Origin: Flavobacteriales bacterium | Lineage (GTDB): Bacteria > Bacteroidota > Bacteroidia > Flavobacteriales_F > PHOS-HE28 | Direction of reading: 5' to 3' | NCBI GenBank assembly: GCA_016721825.1 | Contig: JADKHI010000002.1 | Location: forward strand, 105,424-169,423 | DNA: 64,000 nucleotides | Part shown: positions 19,113-29,033 of the stretch, in pieces | Position numbering within the stretch: position 1 is the first letter of the stretch | How the letters are laid out: each line of letters begins with the position of its first letter | Program-made: the position numbers and the translations under genes | Notes under the pieces: model-generated | What the model saw: only the letters and a program-made list of their open reading frames with translations | Database searches by the model: none | What the model was told of the DNA's origin: nothing

Positions 19113-21098
19113 TCAATGGACCACTTGGATCCACGCCCCGTTCAAGCCCACCACCAAGCGGTAGAGGGCCGGGCTCGGCCCCGCTGTTCGTAACAAGTGG
19201 ACCCCGTCACCGGGTAGGGGCCAAGTGCCGATCGAACGCCCCTGCGCTTCCAACCGTCCAGAAGCATCGGTCAGGCTCCAAGGAACGTCCAGGAGTCCGG
19301 TAAAGCTGATCACCTCCTGCGGACCACCAAGCACCAGCGCACTAGCAATCCTGCGGTTCACGGAGACCAAGCGGCTCAAGTGGTCCGTGCCGTCCAGGTC
19401 GGTCTGGCGCAGCCGGTAGAAGAGGCTGCCGTCCGGTGGGCCGATGTCGTCGTGGATGTAGTACTGCGCGGTCTGTGTTGTCCCTGCGCCGTTCACCGTG
19501 GCCAGCGGCACGAAGCGTTCACCGTCCAGGCTCCGTTCCACCGTGAAGTAGGCGCAGTTCAGTTCCGAAGCCGTGGTCCAGTTCAAGCGCACTCGGTCCC
19601 GCTGGTCCTCTGCCGTGAATGTGAGCAGCTCCACTGGCAATGTGATGCACTGGATGGTGGAGATGTAGAGGGCGTTCACCGCGTTGTTCGGGGCGCCGGG
19701 GGTCTCATTGCCAGCGATCAGGGCCGAGGTGAAATTGGCCACAAGGCGGTAGTTGCCCGTGTTGAAGAAGATCACGCGCCCCAAGTGGTCCAGCGTGCTG
19801 ACCCGGAGGTTGTCGATGCCCCCGTTGTTCATGTTCTGAAGGCCAGGCCCATAGCTGACCCCATGGAAGTAGCGCCCGTTCGGGTCGCGCGTTTGCGCCG
19901 CATCGCCTTGGTCGCGGTAGGCCATGTTGATCCAGTTGCCGATGCCGTACACACACGTGGGGTACTGGCTGGTGAGCAGGCCGTTCGGACTCGTGGAACA
20001 GGCTTCCAGCAGGGGGCTGTTCGCCGGAAGCACATAGATCTTGTCGTTCGGCGAAAGGTCGCTCGGATCGTCCGGTGGTACGGTGGGGTTGAGGTCGGCC
20101 TGGTTGTAGATCAGGATCAGGGAGCCCACAGGGACCACGGACCATTGGGGATCATTGGTGAAGCGGAAGTGTCCCTGGCTGACGCCACTGCCGCTCATGC
20201 TGGTACCGAAGCCGTTGTTCGCCACGCCGTTGTTGTCGTCGACCTTGATGCCTCGGATGTCGATGGTGGTACAGGGTGTGCCGACGGCCAGCAGTTCGAT
20301 GTATTCCTTGTTGCCGCTGGCGCCGTTACTCATTTCATTCACCACAAGGCCGGTGCCCGGGGGCGTGTACGGAACAGTAAGCTCCACGTCGTCAATGGCG
20401 ATGCTGGGGTCGGTACCGCTGCCGTCATCATCATTCACCCACCGGAACCCGAGGCGCACGTTGGGGTTGTTGTTGGCCGAAGCGGGCAGGGCTACGGTGA
20501 AGTTGGTCCAGGTGCCTTGTGCGGCGCAGGCCCCGACCGGCGTCTTTGGCATGTCGCTCAGGGTGGACCACGCCAGGCCATCGAAATACTCCAATGTGGC
20601 GTTGTCCGAGGTGGTAACGCCGCCTTCCATGTACTTGAACCGAAGTGTGATGGAGCCCCAGGCGCTCAGGTCGATCACGGGGGAAACGGCCCGTACGTTG
20701 GTCTGGCTGCTCTGACAGCTACAGCAAAAGGCACAGAGCGCAGGCGGACAGCTGGCGTCGTAGGCCGCGCCACAATCACCGGAAGGGCAGAAGAAGCAGG
20801 CGTTTGGCGACCCGCAGGTGCCGTCGTTGCCGATGTGCAGGGTCTCGTTGTTACCACAGCCGGAACCGCAGGTGCCCACGGGGTTACCGTTCTCCTGGCA
20901 GCTGATGAACCAGGCGTTGGGACAGGCGCCGTTGGTTCCGGTGCTCACCACGGTCCAGGCGCCTTGCGGACCCACATAGGAAGATGCCAGGCAGTTCTGG
21001 GTGCAGGTGTTCTCGAACTCTTCGGCCCAGATGGAAAGCTGTCCCTGGCACTGGAGCGCGAAGAGAAAAGCGAGGAAGGGAAGCGACCAGCGAGGCAC
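19113..21098 (-). CDS. T9SS (type A CTD) secreted protein with Cys-rich region and lamin-tail-like domain
   Basis: [22 protein letters not shown] is LTD-like. 15 Cys fall within ~100 aa near the N-terminus. Same pre-CTD module ([11 protein letters not shown]...[22 protein letters not shown]). I chose the GTG at 21098 ([20 protein letters not shown] signal) because the ORF-track start at 21200 abuts the guaA promoter region. Confidence 0.7.
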   Translation of the reverse strand: MPRWSLPFLAFLFALQCQGQLSIWAEEFENTCTQNCLASSYVGPQGAWTVVSTGTNGACPNAWFISCQENGNPVGTCGSGCGNNETLHIGNDGTCGSPNACFFCPSGDCGAAYDASCPPALCAFCCSCQSSQTNVRAVSPVIDLSAWGSITLRFKYMEGGVTTSDNATLEYFDGLAWSTLSDMPKTPVGACAAQGTWTNFTVALPASANNNPNVRLGFRWVNDDDGSGTDPSIAIDDVELTVPYTPPGTGLVVNEMSNGASGNKEYIELLAVGTPCTTIDIRGIKVDDNNGVANNGFGTSMSGSGVSQGHFRFTNDPQWSVVPVGSLILIYNQADLNPTVPPDDPSDLSPNDKIYVLPANSPLLEACSTSPNGLLTSQYPTCVYGIGNWINMAYRDQGDAAQTRDPNGRYFHGVSYGPGLQNMNNGGIDNLRVSTLDHLGRVIFFNTGNYRLVANFTSALIAGNETPGAPNNAVNALYISTIQCITLPVELLTFTAEDQRDRVRLNWTTASELNCAYFTVERSLDGERFVPLATVNGAGTTQTAQYYIHDDIGPPDGSLFYRLRQTDLDGTDHLSRLVSVNRRIASALVLGGPQEVISFTGLLDVPWSLTDASGRLEAQGRSIGTWPLPGDGVHLLRTAGPSPALYRLVVGLNGAWIQVVH

Positions 21099-21164
21099 AG
21101 GAATGCGGAAAGCCCTGCAAGTTAGGGAGTTCGGGGGCGGCTGTCCATGATACGGACCGGGGGC

Positions 21165-21172
21165 TACTTTTG
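21165..21172 (+). promoter_or_regulatory. -7 box TACTTTTG upstream of guaA
   Basis: Perfect TAnnTTTG match, 48 nt before the guaA GTG. Confidence 0.4.
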
Positions 21173-21220
21173 CGATCCGCACGATCCGCGCTCCGCGCAT
21201 CAGCGGACCCCCTCCCTCCA

Positions 21221-22756
21221 GTGAGCGACCGCATCCTCATCCTTGACCACGGCAGCCAGTTCACCCAGCTCATCGCGCGCCGTGTCCGCGAGCTGAACGT
21301 GTATTGCGAGATCCACCCCTTCAACAAGGCACAGCAGTTCCGTGACGACCCCGATATCAAGGGCGTGATCCTGAGCGGCAGCCCCTTCAGCGTACACGAG
21401 CCGAACGCGCCGGATACCGACATCACGGGCTTTCAAGGGCGGGTGCCGGTGCTGGCCGTGTGCTACGGTGCCCAGCTGCTGGCCAAGCGCGCCGGCGCCA
21501 CCGTCGAGCGCAGCAAGGTCCGCGAGTACGGTCGGGCCTTTCTGGACAACATCCACATCCGCGAGCCCCTCTTCGCAGGCATCCATCCCGGCACCCAGGT
21601 GTGGATGAGCCACGGCGACAGCATCACCACCCATGCGGGTGACATGGAGGTGCTGGCCAGTACGCACGCGGTACCGGTCGCCGCCTACCAGCTGATGGGA
21701 CAGGCCACCTATGCGGTGCAGTTCCACCCTGAGGTGTATCACACCACCGAAGGCTTGCAGCTGCTGCGCAACTTCGTCATGAACATCTGCGGCTGTGCGG
21801 GTGATTGGACGCCGAACTCCTTCGTGGACAGCACCATCGACAGCCTGAAGCGCCAGCTCGGTACCGATCAGGTGGTGATGGCCCTCAGCGGTGGCGTGGA
21901 CAGCTCCGTGGCCGCCATGCTGCTTCAGCGCGCCATTGGCGATCAGCTCCATTGCATTTTCGTGGACAACGGGCTCCTGCGCAAGGACGAGTACGGCAGC
22001 GTGCTCGAGAGCTACCGCCACATGGGCCTCAACATCACCGGGGTGGACGCGAAGGACCGCTTCTACGCGGCGCTGAAGGGACTGACCGATCCAGAAGAGA
22101 AACGCAAGGCCATCGGTCGCACCTTCATTGAGGTGTTCGATGTGGAAGCGCACCGGATCAAGGACGTCAAGTGGCTGGGGCAGGGCACGATCTACCCCGA
22201 CGTGATCGAAAGTGTGAGCGTGAACGGCCCCAGCGTCACCATCAAGAGCCACCACAACGTGGGCGGCCTGCCTGCCCGCATGAAAATGCAGGTGGTTGAG
22301 CCCTTGCGCCTGCTCTTCAAGGACGAAGTGCGACGCTTGGGCAAGGAACTCGGATTGGATCCGAAGATCCTCGGTCGCCATCCGTTCCCCGGTCCGGGGT
22401 TGGGTATTCGCATCCTCGGTGACATCACGCCGGAGAAGGTGGCCTTGCTTCAGGACGTGGACGCGATCTGGATCGGTGGTCTTCGCGAAGCCGGTCTGTA
22501 TGATCAGGTCTGGCAGGCGGGTGCGATCCTGTTGCCCGTGCAAAGCGTGGGCGTTATGGGGGACGAACGAACCTACGAGAATGCTGTTGCCCTGCGGGCC
22601 GTGACCAGCACAGACGGCATGACCGCCGATTGGTGCCACCTGCCTTACGAGGTGTTGGCACGTATTTCGAACGACATCATCAACCGGGTGAAAGGCGTGA
22701 ACCGCGTGGTCTACGACATCAGCAGCAAGCCGCCCGCCACCATCGAATGGGAATGA
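21221..22756 (+). CDS. guaA: GMP synthase (glutamine-hydrolysing)
   Basis: [31 protein letters not shown] GATase N-terminus, [10 protein letters not shown]-loop, C-terminal [12 protein letters not shown] start taken at 21221. Confidence 0.93.
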   Translation: MSDRILILDHGSQFTQLIARRVRELNVYCEIHPFNKAQQFRDDPDIKGVILSGSPFSVHEPNAPDTDITGFQGRVPVLAVCYGAQLLAKRAGATVERSKVREYGRAFLDNIHIREPLFAGIHPGTQVWMSHGDSITTHAGDMEVLASTHAVPVAAYQLMGQATYAVQFHPEVYHTTEGLQLLRNFVMNICGCAGDWTPNSFVDSTIDSLKRQLGTDQVVMALSGGVDSSVAAMLLQRAIGDQLHCIFVDNGLLRKDEYGSVLESYRHMGLNITGVDAKDRFYAALKGLTDPEEKRKAIGRTFIEVFDVEAHRIKDVKWLGQGTIYPDVIESVSVNGPSVTIKSHHNVGGLPARMKMQVVEPLRLLFKDEVRRLGKELGLDPKILGRHPFPGPGLGIRILGDITPEKVALLQDVDAIWIGGLREAGLYDQVWQAGAILLPVQSVGVMGDERTYENAVALRAVTSTDGMTADWCHLPYEVLARISNDIINRVKGVNRVVYDISSKPPATIEWE

Positions 22757-24513
22757 TGCCTCGCTTCCTTTTGCTTGTGCTGGTGCTCTGCGTCGGTCTG
22801 GTTGCCCATGCACAGGTGGAGCGGACCGTGGACGGGAGGAAGTACCTCGTTCACACTGTTCAGCAGGGCCAGACCCTCTATGCCATCAGCAAACATTACG
22901 CGGTTCCCATCGAGGCCATCACGACGGCCAACCCTTCCGCACAGCAAGGCCTCAGCTTGGGACAGGTATTGCTGATCCCGAAGGATGCCGTGGTGAAGAA
23001 GGAGCTGAAGACGGCACCGGCCTTGCGCAACGGCGAGCTGGTGCACACCGTCGCCAAGAAGGAGACCCTCTTCGGTATCTCCAGGAAGTACGGTGTCGAC
23101 CAGAACGCCTTGGAAGCCCGGAATCCCGAACTCGCCGCAGGGGTGAAGGAGGGCATGCAACTGGTGATCCCTACGGCGGCGATCGCTGGCGTGCCCGCGA
23201 CATCCGTGGCACCTGCTGCGGATGACAAGAGCCTTTCGCACCTGGTGATGCCTGGTGAGACCCTGTATTCCTTGGGCAAGCAGTACGACACGACACCCGA
23301 GGCCATCCAAGCGGCCAACGGCGGCTTACCTCAAGGTCCGAAAGTGGGGACCTATCTGCGGATCCCGGGCAAGAGGGAAGTTGAGCCCCCAACTCCTTTG
23401 GTGGAGCCTTCAGTACGCAAGGCGGAATACCGGGTGGCCTTCCTGCTGCCCTTCTCCGTCGCGGCGAACGATAGCGTGATGGCGCGCGACCCGGAGCGCA
23501 AGGCGTATCACGATGTCACCGATGCTGCGGTCCAGTTCTATGCGGGCGCCCAGCTGGCCATGGATTCCTTGAAGGGGATCGGTCTGACAGCGGATGTCAC
23601 CGTTGTGGATGCGGGGAGTGACGCTTCGGTCTGGGGACCGGTGCTGAAAGAGAATCGCATGAAGGACCAGGACCTGTTCATCGGCCCCTTCCATCGCGGG
23701 GCGATCGACCAGCTGGTGCGCGTGGCGAACGGCGCGCACGTCGTATGCCCGGTGCCGCAGTCCAACAAGGTGCTGCTCGGTAATCCCACGGTGAGCAAGG
23801 TGTTGAGCGGACGTCCCGATCAGGTGCAGGCCCTGGCCCGCCATGCCGTTCTTCGCCATGGCGCTGACAACATCATCCTGGCGCGGCCGGACATCGCTAC
23901 CGAGAAGGAACTTCAGGACCAGATGCTGCGTGTGCTGCAGGAATCCCTGAGCCAACGCAAGGACCGGCTGCGCGACAGCGTTCTGGTGGCTTCCTCTGGT
24001 AAGCGGGATGGAGCCTCGGTCACTGCCCTGCTGCGCAGCGACAAGAAGAACGTGGTGTTGGTGCCCAGTGAGAACGTGGAGTATGTGAGCGCGCTCGTCG
24101 CAAAGCTGGTCGGCCAGGCGAAGGACAAGGAGATCGTGGTCTACGGTCTTTCGTCGTGGTCCGAAATGGAGTCGGTGGCCGCCTCGGACCTTGACAAGTT
24201 GCACGTACGTGTACCGGCGAGCAACCAGATCGATCGTACGGATCCCCGGGTAGCTGCCTTCATCGCTCAGTACCGCCAGCGCTTCAACGATGAGCCGCGC
24301 GAATACGCCTTCCTCGGCTTCGATGTCACCTTCTATTACCTGACCGCCCTGATGAGTGAAGGCCGCGGCTTTTCCGACCACTTCAACGAGGTGCGCACCC
24401 AGCCGTTGCACATGGTGTTCAACATGCAGCGCACAGGGCCGGAGAACGGTTACCGCAACGATTCCGTGCTGATCCTGGAGCACAAGGACCTCGGTCTCGT
24501 ACGTGTGCCATGA
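22753..24513 (+). CDS. LysM-repeat protein fused to a periplasmic-binding-protein-like domain
   Basis: Signal peptide [21 protein letters not shown]. Repeated LysM units ([50 protein letters not shown]), then a type-I PBP-like region. The ATG overlaps the guaA stop (ATGA). Confidence 0.8.
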   Translation: MMPRFLLLVLVLCVGLVAHAQVERTVDGRKYLVHTVQQGQTLYAISKHYAVPIEAITTANPSAQQGLSLGQVLLIPKDAVVKKELKTAPALRNGELVHTVAKKETLFGISRKYGVDQNALEARNPELAAGVKEGMQLVIPTAAIAGVPATSVAPAADDKSLSHLVMPGETLYSLGKQYDTTPEAIQAANGGLPQGPKVGTYLRIPGKREVEPPTPLVEPSVRKAEYRVAFLLPFSVAANDSVMARDPERKAYHDVTDAAVQFYAGAQLAMDSLKGIGLTADVTVVDAGSDASVWGPVLKENRMKDQDLFIGPFHRGAIDQLVRVANGAHVVCPVPQSNKVLLGNPTVSKVLSGRPDQVQALARHAVLRHGADNIILARPDIATEKELQDQMLRVLQESLSQRKDRLRDSVLVASSGKRDGASVTALLRSDKKNVVLVPSENVEYVSALVAKLVGQAKDKEIVVYGLSSWSEMESVAASDLDKLHVRVPASNQIDRTDPRVAAFIAQYRQRFNDEPREYAFLGFDVTFYYLTALMSEGRGFSDHFNEVRTQPLHMVFNMQRTGPENGYRNDSVLILEHKDLGLVRVP

Positions 24514-25421
24514 GCGCTGGCCTGCTTGATCGCGCCACCATCGCGGCGGAGTTCCGTCGCATTCAACAGGAGATCTGTGCCTCGCTGGAGAAGCTCGATG
24601 GCGTAGGGCGCTTTGAAGAAGATGCATGGCAGCGAGAGGGCGGTGGCGGTGGCCTTACCCGTGTGATCGCCAACGGTGATCTGATCGAAAAGGGCGGCGT
24701 TAACTTCAGCGAGGTGCACGGCGAACTGACGGGGCAGGCTGCGAAAGCCCTGCAGATCCAAGGCAATGCCTTCTATGCCACCGGTGTGAGCATCGTGTTG
24801 CATGGCAACAACCCCTGGGTGCCAACGATCCACATGAACATCCGCTACTTCGAAGTGGACAGCGGAGCGCGTTGGTTCGGTGGCGGCATCGACCTGACCC
24901 CGATGTACGTGGAAGAGCAGGCCGCTGCCCATTTCCACCGCCGGTTGAAGGGCGTGTGCGACTTGTGGGACCCCACGTTCCACGCCGAGTACAAGCGCTG
25001 GGCGGACGACTACTTCTTCATCCCGCACCGCAATGAGACGCGGGGCATCGGCGGCATCTTCTACGACCGGATCCAACCGTCGGAAACCTTGCCGGCGGAG
25101 AAGATCTTCGGCTTCACGTGTGCTGTTGGGCGCTTGTTCGCACCCCTCTATGCTGAGGTCGCCGATCTACCACGCGACCGGGCCTTCACCGCTGCGGAAA
25201 AGGACTGGCAACTGCTGCGGCGCGGCCGCTATGTCGAATTCAATCTGGTGCATGACCGGGGCACACGTTTCGGCTTGGAGACCGGCGGCCGCACCGAGAG
25301 CATCCTGATGAGCCTTCCGGCAGATGCACGCTGGAGCTACGATCATCGGCCGGAGCCCGGTTCACCGGAGGCCGCAACGCTGGCGCTCCTGCGCAAGGGC
25401 ATCGACTGGGCTGCTCGCTAG
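24510..25421 (+). CDS. hemF: oxygen-dependent coproporphyrinogen III oxidase
   Basis: EKGGVNFSEVHGEL, HMNIRYFE, WFGGGIDLTP, RRGRYVEFNLVHDRGTRFGL. 4-nt overlap with the upstream gene. Confidence 0.92.
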   Translation: MSAGLLDRATIAAEFRRIQQEICASLEKLDGVGRFEEDAWQREGGGGGLTRVIANGDLIEKGGVNFSEVHGELTGQAAKALQIQGNAFYATGVSIVLHGNNPWVPTIHMNIRYFEVDSGARWFGGGIDLTPMYVEEQAAAHFHRRLKGVCDLWDPTFHAEYKRWADDYFFIPHRNETRGIGGIFYDRIQPSETLPAEKIFGFTCAVGRLFAPLYAEVADLPRDRAFTAAEKDWQLLRRGRYVEFNLVHDRGTRFGLETGGRTESILMSLPADARWSYDHRPEPGSPEAATLALLRKGIDWAAR

Positions 25422-25422
25422 G

Positions 25423-25890
25423 TCAGGGCTGTGGCCTGTAGATCGTGTACTTCCCCTTCACGATGTACTGTATATCAATGTCGCTGAAGCCCACTTTGCG
25501 GCCGGAGGTGCCCATGTTCTGGTGACCTAGTCGATAGCTGCCAGGGCCTTTCACCTGCATGATCACAGCCGTATGCTCGCTCATGCGCTCCTCATGCGTT
25601 GAGGTCTCGGTGGTCTGGCGCAGCAACACGCCTTGGAAACGAATGATGTCGCCCGGATGCACGCACTCCTTGAGCGGGTCCACACGCTTGCCGAAACCAT
25701 AGGCGCCGTCCCAGGTGGCACCGGCTTTCGCCAGCGCCTGTGCGGCCAGGTCCCAACACTCGCCGGTGCCCACACGCTTGCCGACATGGTCTTTCACGAA
25801 GGCGATGACGCGTTGATTGAGCACGGGTACGGAGTCGCAACCGCCTGGAGCGCCCGACCCCAATGCAAGAACAAGCAGTAGACCTGTCAT
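25423..25890 (-). CDS. secreted CHAP/NlpC-P60-like papain-fold hydrolase (probable cell-wall amidase/peptidase)
   Basis: N-terminal signal/lipoprotein-like MTGLLLVLALGSGAPGGC. VGTGECWDLAAQALAKAGA provides the candidate Cys and HTAVIMQV the candidate His. Confidence 0.6.
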   Translation of the reverse strand: MTGLLLVLALGSGAPGGCDSVPVLNQRVIAFVKDHVGKRVGTGECWDLAAQALAKAGATWDGAYGFGKRVDPLKECVHPGDIIRFQGVLLRQTTETSTHEERMSEHTAVIMQVKGPGSYRLGHQNMGTSGRKVGFSDIDIQYIVKGKYTIYRPQP

Positions 25891-25917
25891 GCGAAGAATA
25901 CGCCCGGAGCGAACGGC

Positions 25918-26376
25918 TTATTGCCCATCCGAAGCACGGCGTTCGGCGCGGGCATCGCGGCGGTCACGCACGTAGCTCTTCACCCGTTGCCACGAGCGTT
26001 CGAGCTCCGACATCACGTTCGATCCAGTGCCGCTCTTTCCGATCCGCTCAGCGATGAAAGGCACCGCGGCGCTCAGCCCCATGGCCAGGATCTTCCCGGC
26101 GGTGGTTGTCGCTCGCCCACCGAACGCAAGCCCAGCGATGCCGCCGATCATCTCGGGTGAAATGCCGCTCGCCACATCCTTGGCGGTGTTCCAGGAGAAC
26201 AGGGACCGCGTTAACACCTTGACCATACCTGTGCCGATGGCTTTCTGAAGGCCAGGCTCGCGAAAGTGTTCCCAATGGGTGGTCAGTTGCACGAGCTGTT
26301 GGTCGCGCAGCATACGCAGCCGCTCACGTTCCCGCTTCACAGCCTCGATGCTATCGAAACGCTCAGTCGTTGCCAT
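25918..26376 (-). CDS. hypothetical protein (coiled coil + Gly-rich hydrophobic segment), third gene of the YtxH cassette
   Basis: Its ATG sits inside the last codons of the upstream gene (14-nt overlap). Sequence MATTERFDSIEAVKRERERLRML ... GGIAGLAFGG. Confidence 0.6.
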   Translation of the reverse strand: MATTERFDSIEAVKRERERLRMLRDQQLVQLTTHWEHFREPGLQKAIGTGMVKVLTRSLFSWNTAKDVASGISPEMIGGIAGLAFGGRATTTAGKILAMGLSAAVPFIAERIGKSGTGSNVMSELERSWQRVKSYVRDRRDARAERRASDGQ

Positions 26377-26764
26377 GGATCGCGCGGATAATGGCGAGGG
26401 TGATCTTGTCCTTCAGGAAGCTTCGCCAGAACAGATAGAAGACAATACCCAACAGCACATAGAGCACGGCCACGGCCAGAAAGCCCAAGGTGCTTGTTCC
26501 CAGCAGCTTCCCCAGCCACAAGGCCAAGGCCACACTACCCATCAGAAAGGCCGCGCTGAAAGCGAAGAAGAGCACCAGCCCGACCACAACGATTGCCACC
26601 GCCCGTCCCGCCTTCTCGCTTACTGCAAGGGTGGTCAGTTCCTTCTGCGTCTCGAAGTAGGCCTTGGCATCACCCACCACGGCCTCCACGAAAAGCCCAA
26701 GGTCCGGCCGTCCCGTCTCCGGGTCGGCATAGCGCGCATACCGATCGTCCTGGGATTCGGCCAT
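26363..26764 (-). CDS. Holin-X / YqjE-like small membrane protein (usually annotated 'phage holin family protein')
   Basis: Two long hydrophobic helices (AVAIVVVGLVLFFAFSAAFLMGSVALALWLG and GFLAVAVLYVLLGIVFYLFW). Lies 5 nt downstream of the YtxH gene. Confidence 0.65.
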   Translation of the reverse strand: MAESQDDRYARYADPETGRPDLGLFVEAVVGDAKAYFETQKELTTLAVSEKAGRAVAIVVVGLVLFFAFSAAFLMGSVALALWLGKLLGTSTLGFLAVAVLYVLLGIVFYLFWRSFLKDKITLAIIRAIHGND

Positions 26765-26769
26765 GGAGA

Positions 26770-27147
26770 TCAGTTGGCGCTATGGCGCACGTTGTCAGCC
26801 GACTTGCGGGCCTTGTCGGCCACCTCGTCGGCGCTGTCGGCCACCTCGTTCTTCAGGCGGTCCTTCAGGTTCTTGCCTTCGTCGAAGAGGAAGCGCACGA
26901 AGTCGCTCACTTCATCCTTGGTCATGCTGGCGGCATCGGCGGCCTTGCCCTTGGTCCTGCTCCACTCTTCGCGTGCATGGTCGATGAAGGCGTCCATTTC
27001 GTCCTTGCTGTCGGTCACCTTCCGAGTGATCCGCTCACGTGTCTCCTTGCCTGAGCGGGGCGCGAACAATACACCCAATGCAGCACCTACAGCGGCGCCT
27101 GCGAGGAATCCGAGGATCCCGTTCCTGCTTTCATTGCTCATGGTCAA
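26770..27147 (-). CDS. YtxH-domain general-stress-type protein
   Basis: GILGFLAGAAVGAALGVLFAPRSGKETRERI N-terminus, followed by a charged helical tail. Confidence 0.85.
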   Translation of the reverse strand: MTMSNESRNGILGFLAGAAVGAALGVLFAPRSGKETRERITRKVTDSKDEMDAFIDHAREEWSRTKGKAADAASMTKDEVSDFVRFLFDEGKNLKDRLKNEVADSADEVADKARKSADNVRHSAN

Positions 27148-27238
27148 AGGCCTTTACGGTGGCGCATCCGTGCACTTCACCCCGGCCATGTTACCAAGGT
27201 ACGACGCACCTATCCGTAGAACAGGACGATCGTCACGT

Positions 27239-27532
27239 TCAGGCTTCAGCGGGCCCGCGCAGCCACTTGCGTTCGATCACGAAGGTGCCGAAGGGCAGGA
27301 AGCCCGCCAGCAGCAAGCCATAGATCCGTTCCGTGGGCCATTTCAACTTGGTGAAGAGCGGCACGGCCGTTATCAAGTAGCCGACGAAAAGGAAGCCATG
27401 CAACATGCCCGGCCAGCGCACGGCAGAGGGAATGCCCATGGAGTACTTCACCACCATGGCGGCGATCAAAAGGACCCAGCTGATGCCTTCGGCGATGCAG
27501 AACGTGCGGAAACGCTTGATGATCGGGTCCAT
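27239..27532 (-). CDS. DUF3817-family small membrane protein
   Basis: FRTFCIAEGISWVLLIAAMVVKY ... HGFLFVGYLI pattern. 97 aa. Confidence 0.75.
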   Translation of the reverse strand: MDPIIKRFRTFCIAEGISWVLLIAAMVVKYSMGIPSAVRWPGMLHGFLFVGYLITAVPLFTKLKWPTERIYGLLLAGFLPFGTFVIERKWLRGPAEA

Positions 27533-27628
27533 GGGATGGGTTTGGAGCGCAAGGATAGGACAGGGGAGAAGCTGACGTGTCAGGCGCGGATCACTTCTTC
27601 GGTCTTCGTTGATAGGATCACATCGCCT

Positions 27629-28099
27629 TCAGCCGCGAGCAAGAGCAAGACCTTCCAGCACGAAAGGAACGGCTTCGATCGGTACCTTGAACGAGACCTG
27701 ATCCTCCTTCGCATCGCCGTTCACAAAGCGAATGGTGAGCCTTTCGTCAGCAGGCCCTTCAAGGGCAATGATCTTGCTGAAGGGGACGCGGAACACCGGT
27801 CCGAAGTCGTGTCGCAGTGCGCGGTAAAGGCTGAAGACGCCGAAGGCCGAAAGGGCCAACGCGACCAGCGTGGAACCCGTATCGCTCGCATCGCTCATAT
27901 GCCCGAAGAGCAGGAACAGGCCGCCGATCAGGATGATCACGATGCCAATGACCAGGCGACCTGCGTGGGCCGGACCTTGCTTCATCGACCGCTCGCGTGC
28001 AGCCAACGCCTCCTGCCAATTGCCCGATCGCGTGAAGTACAAGCCTTGCTCGTCCACATTGAGGTAGCCTTGCTCGAGCTGGAAGTAGCGCCGTTCCAT
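27629..28099 (-). CDS. membrane protein with bacterial-PH-like halves split by a TM hairpin
   Basis: MERRYFQLEQGYLNVDEQGLYFTRSG ... two TM helices ... VFRVPFSKIIALEGPADERLTIRFVNG. I chose the ATG at 28099, 1 nt from the TPM gene stop. Confidence 0.55.
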   Translation of the reverse strand: MERRYFQLEQGYLNVDEQGLYFTRSGNWQEALAARERSMKQGPAHAGRLVIGIVIILIGGLFLLFGHMSDASDTGSTLVALALSAFGVFSLYRALRHDFGPVFRVPFSKIIALEGPADERLTIRFVNGDAKEDQVSFKVPIEAVPFVLEGLALARG

Positions 28100-28100
28100 C

Positions 28101-28580
28101 TCAGGGAATGCGGTTCTCAGGCTGCTCCAAGTGATGAACGATCGCCAGGCTGCCCAGCCAGAGCCCATCCTCGGCCATATCCTCCTTGAACAGGGGGATC
28201 ATCAGGCTGTCCACGATCTGAGCACATTGCGCGTCGGTAAGCACGCTTTCGGTGCCGAGGCCGGTGGACACGAATACACTGCGCAATTGCTTGCTGAAGG
28301 CGATGACCACCCCGTTGTTGCGTCCGCGCTTGCCCACCCCGAGCGAATCCCCGAAGGTGGCCGCGAAGCCCTGCATGTCCAAGTGACCGTGCAGCCCGGT
28401 CGTGGTCACCAATACGATCTCGTTGCCGGTCACGGCCTCGTGTGCGCGGAACAGGCTGTCGAAGCGTTCCTCCTGTACCGGTTCGAGCACGTCCTCTTGA
28501 TCGAACACGAAGTGCTCCACACGCGGGCCGTGGGCCATGCATAGGCAACACGTCGCCAGAAGGATGAACACGGACCGCAT
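28101..28580 (-). CDS. TPM-domain (TLP18.3/Psb32/MOLO-1-type) secreted protein
   Basis: Signal peptide, then VFDQEDVLEPVQEERFDSL ... TGNEIVLVTT ... GKRGRNNGVVIAFS ... VFVSTGLG. Confidence 0.8.
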   Translation of the reverse strand: MRSVFILLATCCLCMAHGPRVEHFVFDQEDVLEPVQEERFDSLFRAHEAVTGNEIVLVTTTGLHGHLDMQGFAATFGDSLGVGKRGRNNGVVIAFSKQLRSVFVSTGLGTESVLTDAQCAQIVDSLMIPLFKEDMAEDGLWLGSLAIVHHLEQPENRIP

Positions 28581-28616
28581 GAACCGAAGGTAGCGGATCG
28601 GAAGTAGGGGAGGAGT

Positions 28617-29021
28617 TCAGTTCAGACGCCCGATGATGGCCTCTATGTTCGCTCGCCACACCGGATAGAGTTCGACGTTCTCCTCCCAGAGCTCACGCAG
28701 TTCCGAAATATCGCTCAGAACGCGTTGCAGGTTCTCAACCGCGATGCCTTTCAATGATGCCGGATCATGCTTGGTCACCTCGGAGACCACCTTGGCCAGG
28801 GTCTCCTCATCATCGCAACGGTAGGCGGTGCTGTTCAATGCGGCATCGATCACCGCACCGCTCACCAGCAGGCATTGGCAATCGGTGTACTCCAGGTAGT
28901 CCACACCCTTCACCGCCGCATACCATTCATTGATCTGCGCCATCGGGTCGGCGATGGCAAGTGACGCGAGCACGTCATACGCCGTGTCGTCGTCGAAGAT
29001 CCCGGTGTCCCAAGCGCCCAT
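28617..29021 (-). CDS. DUF4259-family protein
   Basis: MGAWDTGIFDDDTAYDVL N-terminus typical of DUF4259. Lies 12 nt downstream of cphB. Confidence 0.75.
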   Translation of the reverse strand: MGAWDTGIFDDDTAYDVLASLAIADPMAQINEWYAAVKGVDYLEYTDCQCLLVSGAVIDAALNSTAYRCDDEETLAKVVSEVTKHDPASLKGIAVENLQRVLSDISELRELWEENVELYPVWRANIEAIIGRLN

Positions 29022-29033
29022 GATGGAATGTGT

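Noticed and set aside
21200-22813. Very long antisense ORFs. Examples: 21200..22813 (-), 1891..2979 (+), 13177..14358 (+), 19380..21125 (+), 23410..24627 (-), 26279..28189 (+), 30632..32086 (-), 40616..42100 (-), 47003..48085 (+).
   Set aside because: Each lies opposite a gene with clear family motifs (guaA, TonB receptor, T9SS cargo, LysM protein, cphA, and others). Their products are Arg/Gly/His/Ala-rich low-complexity sequences typical of shadow frames in high-GC DNA.
26363-26764. 'Phage holin family' gene as evidence of a prophage or lysis cassette.
   Set aside because: There are no phage structural, integrase or regulatory genes nearby. The YtxH-HolinX-coiled-coil trio is a common chromosomal stress cassette. 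Only the CHAP adjacency is kept, as a low-key finding.
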